IMG/VR virus record: IMGVR_UViG_3300042870_000870
Source: an uncultured virus (IMG/VR IMGVR_UViG_3300042870_000870)
Lineage: Duplodnaviria > Heunggongvirae > Uroviricota > Caudoviricetes
Strand: one strand, 5' to 3'
Length of the DNA stretch: 64,000 bases
Part shown: positions 49,546-58,228 of the stretch, one piece after another
Position numbering within the stretch: the stretch's first letter is position 1
How the letters are laid out: every line of letters starts with the position of its first letter
Translations under genes and position numbers: made by a program
Notes under the pieces: model-generated
The model's input: the letters and a program-made list of their open reading frames with translations, nothing else
Told to the model about the DNA's origin: nothing
Database searches by the model: none

Positions 49546-50319
49546 ATGAACTTACAAGAGAACATACAAAGGATTAGAGAAATGATGATTTCGGAAGAGA
49601 TGGTACAATCTGATGCTTGGAAATCTTTAAAGAAAACATTGGATGTTCTTAAAAATAAGAAAAAAGTTTTACTATTAAGTTGTTCTAATAGACATAATTG
49701 GGACAAAAATAATATTGATATACCAAAATCTAAAATGATTGCAATGTATCTTAATGATGAATTGGGTGATAAGTCAACATTAATAGACGTACCTGAACTT
49801 AAGATATTTCCATGTGAAGGTAACGTATCAAGAAAAGACGGAGATTCATGTGGAGTATTAAAATCCAAACTTGAAGACAAGGATAAAAATCCTTCAGGTC
49901 ATCACAGATGTTGGGCGAGTATCAATAACAAATCAGATGAACTTTGGAAAATATCCAAAGAACTATTTGAATCAGATTCGGTTATATTTTTTAGTTCAAT
50001 AAGGTGGGGACAAACAAATATGTATTATCAAAATCTAATTGAAAGACTTAATTGGGTTGAAAATAGACATACGGTACATAATGAGTCTAACATAGTAAAA
50101 GATATCGAATCTGGATACATTTGTACTGGACATAATTGGAATGGAAGTAACGTTGTTGATTTACAAAAACAAGTTCATTCATTTTATGGTTTCAAACCAA
50201 ACGATGATATATATTGGAACTGGCAGTATACTAAAGATATTAACGATGAAAGTCAAAAATCATATAAAGATTCTTACAAAAAATTTATAAAGGATACTAA
50301 AATACCTGATTCTCAATAA
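49546..50319 (+). CDS. multimeric flavodoxin / iron-sulfur flavoprotein-like FMN protein with N-terminal tag
   Basis: CSNR, PCEGN...C...RCW, ESDSVIFFSSIRWG, NLIERL; starts MNLQENIQRIREMM. Confidence 0.75.
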   Translation: MNLQENIQRIREMMISEEMVQSDAWKSLKKTLDVLKNKKKVLLLSCSNRHNWDKNNIDIPKSKMIAMYLNDELGDKSTLIDVPELKIFPCEGNVSRKDGDSCGVLKSKLEDKDKNPSGHHRCWASINNKSDELWKISKELFESDSVIFFSSIRWGQTNMYYQNLIERLNWVENRHTVHNESNIVKDIESGYICTGHNWNGSNVVDLQKQVHSFYGFKPNDDIYWNWQYTKDINDESQKSYKDSYKKFIKDTKIPDSQ

Positions 50320-50753
50320 TAAATAAGATTAACCCCACACTCATTTAAAAGTTGTTTAGCCTTACTTTGGGATTCATCCCACTTTTCTTTATTTTTAGTA
50401 GTACAGACTTCCTTACAATATACCGTCTTTATACCGGAATTAACAATTCCTCTGGCACAATCCATACAAGGTAATCCCGATGTTAAGTAGATTGTTGAGT
50501 TTTTCAACGATACACCTTCTAATGCCGCATTATAAATTGCATTACGTTCGGCATGTTCCATCCAGAAGTATTTTTCGGGTCTTTCCTGACGTTCTTGTAA
50601 TGAATCGTCTAAACCCCTTGGGAATGAATTATAACCCGTAGAAAGGACGTTATTACCCTCACCGACTACAACGGCACCTATCTGTGTAGATTGGTCCTTA
50701 GATTTGAGTTTTACCACCTCAGCAATCTGTAAAAAATACTCTATCCAATTCAT
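50313..50753 (-). CDS. dCMP deaminase
   Basis: SKD.STQIGAV, TGYN, HAERNAI, PCMDCAR. Confidence 0.93.
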   Translation of the reverse strand: MNWIEYFLQIAEVVKLKSKDQSTQIGAVVVGEGNNVLSTGYNSFPRGLDDSLQERQERPEKYFWMEHAERNAIYNAALEGVSLKNSTIYLTSGLPCMDCARGIVNSGIKTVYCKEVCTTKNKEKWDESQSKAKQLLNECGVNLIYY

Positions 50754-50754
50754 A

Positions 50755-51069
50755 TTAAATTAATTTTTGTTTCACCCAATAATATAACATACCGGTTGCG
50801 TACCTGTGTAAGTTTTTTGCTTCTTTCTTTAAAATTAAGTTCCCAAGTTGTATTAAATGTGAACGATTATATAAATCTACACTAACAATAAACCCTCCAT
50901 CGGATTTTTCATACGTTGTCTCTTTCATTGGTGGAATATACTTTCCCTCATCGTCGAGTTTCAACGTCCTAATCATTTCGGTCTTATTCATCTTACATTC
51001 TATACCTCTAGAATGTATCATTTTTTCTAAGACATCTAACCTTAATTTAGTGTAGTCCACTTCACTCAT
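50755..51069 (-). CDS. hypothetical protein (N-terminal SAP/HeH-like helix pair)
   Basis: start trimmed to MSEVDYTKL; TATATTTG 4 nt upstream; the longer start lies across the MCP terminator. Confidence 0.6.
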   Translation of the reverse strand: MSEVDYTKLRLDVLEKMIHSRGIECKMNKTEMIRTLKLDDEGKYIPPMKETTYEKSDGGFIVSVDLYNRSHLIQLGNLILKKEAKNLHRYATGMLYYWVKQKLI

Positions 51070-51108
51070 AATGCAAATATAACTAATTTTTTGGAATATT
51101 CCAATAAC

Positions 51109-51139
51109 AAAAAACCCCCGAATTTCTTCGAGGGTTTTT
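51109..51139 (-). terminator. intrinsic terminator after major capsid gene
   Basis: AAAAACCC..GAA-loop-TTCG.GGGTTTTT stem with T-run. Confidence 0.8.
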
Positions 51140-51158
51140 ATATTCAATCCTATTAAGA

Positions 51159-52889
51159 TTATCTTAATGTATCCAAAGAGAATGTAGTGATACCTTTCAC
51201 GTCGATTACACCAAAGTAACGGTTGTTTACCATTTTCTTTGCGTAACGTGTCATGATTCCTTTGATAGGAGTCATTGTGAACGGATTGTACATTGTTGGA
51301 GTTAATTGTAAAGGTACATATGGAGCGTAGATGTAACCAGCGTCCAATAGTGATTTACCTTTGTGACCAATTAAGATCTTGCTAGCTGGGAAGTAAGGAT
51401 CACGATATACTTGATATCTTCCAGCAAGAGAACCGATTTTCTCGATACCCATGTTGTATGAATCTTGCTCAGGAGCTGCGTTAGATACGTGGAAATATTC
51501 TAAATCATCGAATACTGCAGAAACTTCTGAAGAAACAACGATCCAGTTAGCACCACCTCTTAATGTAGTCTTATGGATTTGAGCTGAAATTTGGTTAACC
51601 TTAGTTACCAAAGTTTGGTTCCAATCTTTTTGAGTGTAACCTTGTAATGTAGCACCTGATGCTCCACCGTATTTCCACTCATTGTAATCCCACTTAGCTT
51701 TCCAAGCTGCACCTTTACGTAAATCACGTAAAATTTCACGGTCAACTTCTGCTGCAATTTGCTCAGATAATAAAGCTGTTAATTCAGCTTCAGCATCGAT
51801 GTTGTGGAATGCACTAACGTCTTGAGCCAATTCAGGAGACCATGTAGCTCTTAATTTTCTTTCAGTTACAGAAACTGTTACTGATTGTAAATCGAAAGAA
51901 ACTTCACCAATTTGATCTTCAAATTCTAAAGTATCATAAGTTCTGAAAGTTAATGTGAAATCACCGATAGTTGTACCTGTAGGTAATGTGATGTTAGAGA
52001 AACCAGATGTTGCACTGTAGTTCTGCATATCAACACTTACGTAGATAACTCCATCAGCATCACAGATATCATTGTAGTTACCTGAAGGGTAGTTAGTAGA
52101 AGATGCAGTTGAACCATATTCAACAATACCTTTACCATACTTCTGAGTAACAACGTTGAAGTTCTTAGAGTCAGTTAAGTATTTAACTTCAGCTGATGCT
52201 AAAAATTCTTCAGTATCCATTGCGTTACCATTTGGTCCGATTAATTTACCTTGACCATCTTTTGCAAATCCTGTAAATTTCAAGATTAAAGATGATTGTG
52301 CGTTTGATGAACCAGTAACACCAGAAACTGCAATTGCAGAAACTGAACCATTACTGAAAGTAACAGCAGAAACAGCGGTTAAAGTTACAGCTGAATATTG
52401 ACCTTTTGAGTAATCAAAAAGACCTGTATCAGGACTGTTACCATCACCTGCTTCGTAGAATCTGTCATATAAGTTACCACCTGTGTAACCAGTTGCGGCG
52501 CTTCCACCAGCACCTGGCATACCATATGGAGAATAGTGACCTGCTCCGTTTCTTTCCTGAATTTTAGGAATGAAGAAGAATAATTTACCAATTGGTAAGT
52601 TCATAGCTTGTACTGACACGATGTCGTTAGCTAATAATTTAGAGAATACACGACGAATGATTGGGAAAACCACAGTCTCGAATGAACCAGACGCATCAGC
52701 TACTGCTGCTTCGTTGATTAAATAAGACGCTTGGTTTTCATATAATTGCGCGATGTTATCTTTTTGGTGACCGTCAAGACCTTCTAAAAAGCCTAAGTCA
52801 TCCCATTTTCTGATGGTATCTTCTTTGATAACACGAAGGTGCTTAAGACCGATGTTACCTACCATACCTGATTCTAATAATGCTCCCAT
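51159..52889 (-). CDS. major capsid protein (gp23-like)
   Basis: LANDIVSVQAMNLP, RKLRATWSPELAQD, IDAEAEL, EVDREI, YAPYVPL, GIMTRYA. Confidence 0.97.
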   Translation of the reverse strand: MGALLESGMVGNIGLKHLRVIKEDTIRKWDDLGFLEGLDGHQKDNIAQLYENQASYLINEAAVADASGSFETVVFPIIRRVFSKLLANDIVSVQAMNLPIGKLFFFIPKIQERNGAGHYSPYGMPGAGGSAATGYTGGNLYDRFYEAGDGNSPDTGLFDYSKGQYSAVTLTAVSAVTFSNGSVSAIAVSGVTGSSNAQSSLILKFTGFAKDGQGKLIGPNGNAMDTEEFLASAEVKYLTDSKNFNVVTQKYGKGIVEYGSTASSTNYPSGNYNDICDADGVIYVSVDMQNYSATSGFSNITLPTGTTIGDFTLTFRTYDTLEFEDQIGEVSFDLQSVTVSVTERKLRATWSPELAQDVSAFHNIDAEAELTALLSEQIAAEVDREILRDLRKGAAWKAKWDYNEWKYGGASGATLQGYTQKDWNQTLVTKVNQISAQIHKTTLRGGANWIVVSSEVSAVFDDLEYFHVSNAAPEQDSYNMGIEKIGSLAGRYQVYRDPYFPASKILIGHKGKSLLDAGYIYAPYVPLQLTPTMYNPFTMTPIKGIMTRYAKKMVNNRYFGVIDVKGITTFSLDTLR

Positions 52890-52920
52890 TTTGTATGTTT
52901 TTGTTTTTTTGTTTAATTTA

Positions 52921-54096
52921 TTATTTTATTTTTCCCATTAAATCTTTCATTCTTCTGAATTGTGGATTCTCATAAGCTTTAGCTTCTGATAACACTTCTT
53001 GAGATGATGATGTAGATGGGGTGTTAGAGATTTTTCCAACTACTGACTCGGTAACTGTTGTTTTTGTACCTAATTCAGATTTGATTGTGTTGAATAAACC
53101 TTTAGATTCATTCATCGTTGAAACTGAATCAAATCTCTTTAATATGTTCAATTTCTCTTGTTTAGTAGTAGAGTGTTCAGTAAATAAACGTGTAGCGTAA
53201 GCTAAGTTTGCATTAAACACAGCAACTTCGTTAAGTTTGTCTTTGAATAAAACTAAAGCCTTCTTGTATTCAGAATTTTGTTTCTTTAACTTTTCAACTT
53301 CTTCGTTCATTTCGTGACGACCAGTCTTGTATTTTGTTTTTTGAGATGGTCCCCTAACTCCCGTTCCAAATGTTCTTGCTGCTTCAGTAGCTTCGATTTC
53401 CATCTCATCACCTTCAGCAACTTCTTCTTCATCTTCTTCTTCATCAATCTCAATTTCGTAAATTGTTTCTTCCTCATCAGTTTCCATATCATCACCCATC
53501 ATATCCATTTCTGAAAATTCATCTTCTTCAGTACCGAATTCGGGTTCAGCATTAAACTCAGAGTCAGATTCCATTTCATCATCAAGTTTGATAATATAAT
53601 CGTCTTCTCCGTCACCAAACTCAATGTTATTTCCGTCTTTCTTAACTACAATACCATCTTCTGGTTTCATCGCTTTGAAAACTTTTAATACTTCATCATC
53701 TGAAGCACCGGTCATATCCATTACGTCCTCATCTTCAGAACCTTCTTCTGCTGGTGGTAAAGCGAGATCTTCATCTCCTTCTTCATCATCTTCAGAATCT
53801 AATCCTTCAATGTCTTTGTTTGGTTCGTTATCGAGGTCTGTATCATTTTCAGAGTCGTCTGCTGTTGCATCGTCATCTGACATATCGTCTTCCTCTTCTT
53901 CAGGATCAACTTCATCCTCAGGTTGTTCACCCATCGGCATTTTAGTTTCATCCTCTTCTTCCAATGATTCTTTAAGCAAGTCATTCAGTTCTTGTTTCAT
54001 GGTTGAAGCAAGTATACCCTTTGCATTTTGCTTTACTGCTTCTTCAAGTGTTTGTACTTGAAGTAACGCTTGTTCTAAAATTGATTTTTCAGTCAT
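52921..54096 (-). CDS. prohead core scaffold protein (gp22-like)
   Basis: very acidic middle region, coiled coil, position between protease and MCP. Confidence 0.8.
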   Translation of the reverse strand: MTEKSILEQALLQVQTLEEAVKQNAKGILASTMKQELNDLLKESLEEEDETKMPMGEQPEDEVDPEEEEDDMSDDDATADDSENDTDLDNEPNKDIEGLDSEDDEEGDEDLALPPAEEGSEDEDVMDMTGASDDEVLKVFKAMKPEDGIVVKKDGNNIEFGDGEDDYIIKLDDEMESDSEFNAEPEFGTEEDEFSEMDMMGDDMETDEEETIYEIEIDEEEDEEEVAEGDEMEIEATEAARTFGTGVRGPSQKTKYKTGRHEMNEEVEKLKKQNSEYKKALVLFKDKLNEVAVFNANLAYATRLFTEHSTTKQEKLNILKRFDSVSTMNESKGLFNTIKSELGTKTTVTESVVGKISNTPSTSSSQEVLSEAKAYENPQFRRMKDLMGKIK

Positions 54097-54181
54097 TGTG
54101 AAATTTTGTTTTATTATCTAATAAATAGTACGACTTTAATAAAAAGTCTTATTTTTAATATTTGTATCCCTATAAAATTGG

Positions 54182-54865
54182 TTATTTACTCAAAAAAGTA
54201 TCTAATTTTCCCATAAGTTTGGACATTCTATCATCAACCGCGGGTTTTTTAATTTCTGATTCTTGATATTGGTCCCTATCTGAGGGGTCACTAAAAATGT
54301 ATGCACCTGGAGTTGATGGGGATGACACTAAATCAAAACATACCAATTCAAAGTCATCCTGAACAATGTTTTGACCTTTAATGTTTTTTAAGGAACCAAC
54401 ACCACGAGAGGATATACCCAAAGTAGCTCCGTTCATAATTAACATAGCCGCTTGGTCACCCTTAGTGGATACAATACCCATCTTCTTCCATCCTGGCGAA
54501 GTGAATAATTTTATTTTACCCATAAGGATTTTTCCGTCCCAATAAGTTTCAAGAATTGAATGAGAAACTCTATCTAAATCGATAAGAGATGATGAAGGGT
54601 GATTAAGTTCGTTTAATGCTCCTCCCTTCTTAATAAGTGATTGGTATTTTTCGTTTTCTCTTTTAAGTAACATCTCAGGATAAATCCTTCCGTTCTTATT
54701 TGGAGTGTCGTATTTTTGTAAAACGGCATAAAGGATAAGGTCTTGTGAAAAGTCCATATCCCTCATTTCCGAAATAATTTTCTTGTTTTGTTCGGGAGAA
54801 ACATGACCTGCGTCATATTCTATTAAAATTCCTCTACCCGTTTCGTTTGGTCCTAATATCTTCAT
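54182..54865 (-). CDS. prohead protease (gp21-like)
   Basis: NKNGRIYP, ELNHP, VSH, GISSRGVGS, DLVSSPSTPGA. Confidence 0.95.
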   Translation of the reverse strand: MKILGPNETGRGILIEYDAGHVSPEQNKKIISEMRDMDFSQDLILYAVLQKYDTPNKNGRIYPEMLLKRENEKYQSLIKKGGALNELNHPSSSLIDLDRVSHSILETYWDGKILMGKIKLFTSPGWKKMGIVSTKGDQAAMLIMNGATLGISSRGVGSLKNIKGQNIVQDDFELVCFDLVSSPSTPGAYIFSDPSDRDQYQESEIKKPAVDDRMSKLMGKLDTFLSK

Positions 54866-54903
54866 TTATAGATTTTATTACTATAAATACATCAATACCA
54901 AGG

Positions 54904-55329
54904 TTATTTCTTGCTTTTGTAAAAATTGAATAGTTTTTTATCAATTAAACCATCCTCAACAACGGATTCGGTCAAATCTGTGATAAATGTTTTTATTTCC
55001 TTTGATCTAATATCGAATTGCTTTTCAACATATAAAGTTATTTCTAAATTCATAAAAGACTTTTTTTCAATCTTAATTCCTTTGGTTCTTATATCTAAAT
55101 CAACAATTGATTGTTGTTTAAAACTTGAATTGTTTAAATTATAAATTAATTCTTTTATTTTTCTTCTTGATTTTGAAATTAGATAGTCATAATCGTCAGT
55201 TTCATTTTCTGGTTGCAACCAAGAATTTAATTTTACATAAATAGTTTTAAGATTTTTAAAGTCTACTGTACCATAACCATACTTTACATTGTTGTAAGTC
55301 CCTAATGGGATATACTTACCTGTTTTCAT
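54904..55329 (-). CDS. hypothetical protein
   Basis: 141 aa, divergent from bS21; TATATTTT element upstream. Confidence 0.7.
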   Translation of the reverse strand: MKTGKYIPLGTYNNVKYGYGTVDFKNLKTIYVKLNSWLQPENETDDYDYLISKSRRKIKELIYNLNNSSFKQQSIVDLDIRTKGIKIEKKSFMNLEITLYVEKQFDIRSKEIKTFITDLTESVVEDGLIDKKLFNFYKSKK

Positions 55330-55430
55330 TAATTTTATTCATTATCTTTATTTTATGGTGTTATTAAAATATATGAAAAAAATGTTGTAAATCCAAAATA
55401 TTTTATATATTTGTGGTATAATTATATATT

Positions 55431-55622
55431 ATGATAATAATTGACGTAACAAAAGAACGTAGTATCGAAACAGCATTAAGAACCTATAAGAATAGAGTTC
55501 AAAAAACTAAGCAAATTCAAAAATTGAGGGAAAGGAAGGAATTTGTTAAACCTTCAGTCACTAAAAGGAAGGAAGTTTTAAAAGCGGTATATGTTCAACA
55601 AATAAAAAATGGTCTTAATTAA
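55431..55622 (+). CDS. rpsU: ribosomal protein bS21 (Bacteroidota type)
   Basis: SIETALRTYK...LRERKEFVKPSVTKR...KAVYVQ; 63 aa; TATATTTG promoter element upstream. Confidence 0.92.
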   Translation: MIIIDVTKERSIETALRTYKNRVQKTKQIQKLRERKEFVKPSVTKRKEVLKAVYVQQIKNGLN

Positions 55623-55634
55623 GACCATTTTTTA
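55603..55634. terminator. 32-bp perfect palindrome, probable bidirectional terminator spanning two stop codons
   Basis: TAAAAAATGGTCTTAA/TTAAGACCATTTTTTA. Confidence 0.8.
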
Positions 55635-56361
55635 ATTCTGTTAATCTGTAGTAGTTGTACTTAGATGTTGTCATTTGACTAACTTCATCTTTTACTTTAT
55701 TTAGTTTAGTGGTTAAATCGGGGTCGTTCGATTCACTTAAAAGTGTAGATACCTGATTAATGATTGATTCTTGTAATTCATTGCTCTTAGTAATTAAATC
55801 ATCATAAGAAATTGATAAAATATTTTTTAATTCTTCTTTTTGTGATTCTGATAATGTGTTAGAATATAATACGTTAAAATTGTTTGCTAATACCGCTTGT
55901 AGTAATGTTTCGTTAGGAACAACAGTCGAATCTTTAGATTCTTTAATTTCCTTTTTAGTTGTTAAATGTTCTACTAATTTCTTTTTTGCAATAACTTTCT
56001 TTTCAATATTTGATAATGAATCTTTTTCTGATAACATATCTAAAGATTCATATAATTCTTTAGTTTCGATTTCAACCTCACCTAATTTAGTATTTAAAGA
56101 TTCACAAAACATATTTAAACTATCCCAATTACCTATTGGTTGACCAAAATATGTATTTAATCCCTCAACATATAATTTTGCTGTTTCTTTATCCTCAATA
56201 TATTTGTTTTCAATTTCTTCGTAAAACAAGTACATTTCTTTAAAGTCTTTGTTTTCTTTGATTGTGGCTAATATATTCTTAATTTCTGTCTTATTTTCAT
56301 TTGCATAAGATTCAGTCAATTTGTTTAATAATTTAGATTTAAGTGCCCCAAATTTGTTCAT
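55615..56361 (-). CDS. helical protein downstream of portal, putative prohead core component
   Basis: 248 aa, cotranscribed with portal. Confidence 0.65.
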   Translation of the reverse strand: MNKFGALKSKLLNKLTESYANENKTEIKNILATIKENKDFKEMYLFYEEIENKYIEDKETAKLYVEGLNTYFGQPIGNWDSLNMFCESLNTKLGEVEIETKELYESLDMLSEKDSLSNIEKKVIAKKKLVEHLTTKKEIKESKDSTVVPNETLLQAVLANNFNVLYSNTLSESQKEELKNILSISYDDLITKSNELQESIINQVSTLLSESNDPDLTTKLNKVKDEVSQMTTSKYNYYRLTELKNGLN

Positions 56362-56363
56362 TT

Positions 56364-58175
56364 TTAGTCGTTTAAAATATCGTTCAATTTATTTTCTATT
56401 TCATAAATATTCTGTTGTGCCTTTTCCATGTCAAACAAAACATTAAAATCTTCTTTTTCTTCACCTAACATACCTAATATTTTTGATTTTTTAGATGTTG
56501 CTTCACTTAAAGGAGCTTCTCCTCCTCCACCCGCCGCTGGAGGTGGTGGTATTCCTCCCATGTCTCCACCAGCACCCTCACCTCCGGATGCTGCTGCTTC
56601 TGCTGCCGCTCTCTCCTCTTCAGGAATTCCATATTTCTTATCAACCTCATCAAATACACCAGAACGTTTAATAATAAGTTGACTATTTTGTAATTCAAAA
56701 CCTACCGCTCTTTCTAAACGTTGTTGTTGTAAATCAAGTAATACCTCACTATCACTCATACCTAAGATATTTTTCTTAGCCCATGTATGTGATACTGGTA
56801 AGATACCTACTTGAGATTGATCAGATGTCGCATCTTTGTAAAGAGTAATCTTTTCCTTCCATGTTTCAATCTTTAATAAATCTGATTGCTGTGATGGGTT
56901 AGTTAACGATAATGAAAAACTATTTAAATCATCTTCTAATCCTAATAAATAAAGATGCATTAATGCAATTTTATTTAATTCTTGAATTAACGATTTTTGT
57001 ATTTTATTGATTGTTCTTGCAAAACGAATATCCATCAATGCAAGATTCTTACCATCACCAACAACTTCTTCAAAACCTAAGAAAGCTTTAGGGATACGTA
57101 AAGCCGCCAATAATTTCTTTTGAATATATTCAATATCTGCAATTTCGCCCAAGTTCTGAGCTCCTGGTAATGTTTCGATTGGATTTGTTTGTGACGGGTC
57201 ACGAACAGGTATGAAATAATCTTGGTCTACAGCCATTTGATTGTATCTCATATCCACGTTACCATTACGTGGGTCTTGTATTTGGTCTCTTTTAAATTTA
57301 TTGGCAACACGTTGTACATATGGTTCAATATCTTTATCGTCCATATTACCAACAAACACCTTGAACACACGTCTTTCAGGTGCTCTTGATGTTCTATAAA
57401 TTAACATTGCATCTTCAGCAAGTAAAAGTTGTTTCCAAATTCTTCTAATCTTATCTAACATAGAAGTACCATATGGTAACTTTCTATCGTCACCCAATAA
57501 TCTAAAGTGAGCAACTTCCCAAGCTTGGAATTCCATATCTTTGTTCTTCCAAGTAAATCTTAATTCTCTTGTTGGTAGTTTTAAATCAGAACTTTGATTT
57601 GGACTTTTTCCTGTTGCACCCTCTAACCTCTCTATTTCAATATTCGGTAATTGTTGGCAACCAATAATACCCTTTTCTGGATCAATTTTTAAATAAACAA
57701 AATCGTCACCATACTTACAAAGACCTCTTGCCCACATTTGTAAATTGGTATTTATATCTAACTTATTATTAAATAAGTCCACTAAAATACTTTTAACTCT
57801 ATCTGATTCTGAATATATGGTTAATATTTCACCCTTTTCGGACATTGTTGTAGATTCTTCAGCGTATATGTCTAACGACGCTGAAATTTCAGGAGTAAAC
57901 TCCATAGACTCGTAGTCATAATATGCTGCCAATCTATTTGGTTCGTAATAAACAGATTGATTATAAACCGATTGGTCTAACTTGGTCCATTTATCTGCAA
58001 TGTATTGCGATTGTTGTGCTTGCAACATCGCCTTTTCGTAGTCTTCTCTACTATCTGTTTTTAATAACTCATCTTTGTTAAAATTAAAAGATGGTGTTTT
58101 ATCCTTAATCGATTGACCCGGATAACCAAACATTCTTGTTAGTTTCTGAAAGACGGTGTAATTCTGTTCTGCCAT
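56364..58175 (-). CDS. portal protein (gp20-like)
   Basis: YESME..PEI...LD, HFRL, YGTSML, EDAMLIYR.SRAPERRVF, DYFIPVR, IETLPG, ALRIPK. Confidence 0.96.
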   Translation of the reverse strand: MAEQNYTVFQKLTRMFGYPGQSIKDKTPSFNFNKDELLKTDSREDYEKAMLQAQQSQYIADKWTKLDQSVYNQSVYYEPNRLAAYYDYESMEFTPEISASLDIYAEESTTMSEKGEILTIYSESDRVKSILVDLFNNKLDINTNLQMWARGLCKYGDDFVYLKIDPEKGIIGCQQLPNIEIERLEGATGKSPNQSSDLKLPTRELRFTWKNKDMEFQAWEVAHFRLLGDDRKLPYGTSMLDKIRRIWKQLLLAEDAMLIYRTSRAPERRVFKVFVGNMDDKDIEPYVQRVANKFKRDQIQDPRNGNVDMRYNQMAVDQDYFIPVRDPSQTNPIETLPGAQNLGEIADIEYIQKKLLAALRIPKAFLGFEEVVGDGKNLALMDIRFARTINKIQKSLIQELNKIALMHLYLLGLEDDLNSFSLSLTNPSQQSDLLKIETWKEKITLYKDATSDQSQVGILPVSHTWAKKNILGMSDSEVLLDLQQQRLERAVGFELQNSQLIIKRSGVFDEVDKKYGIPEEERAAAEAAASGGEGAGGDMGGIPPPPAAGGGGEAPLSEATSKKSKILGMLGEEKEDFNVLFDMEKAQQNIYEIENKLNDILND

Positions 58176-58228
58176 ATCTATAAATACTTTTCTTTATAAT
58201 ATAAACTAAATTATTAGTAATTGGAACA

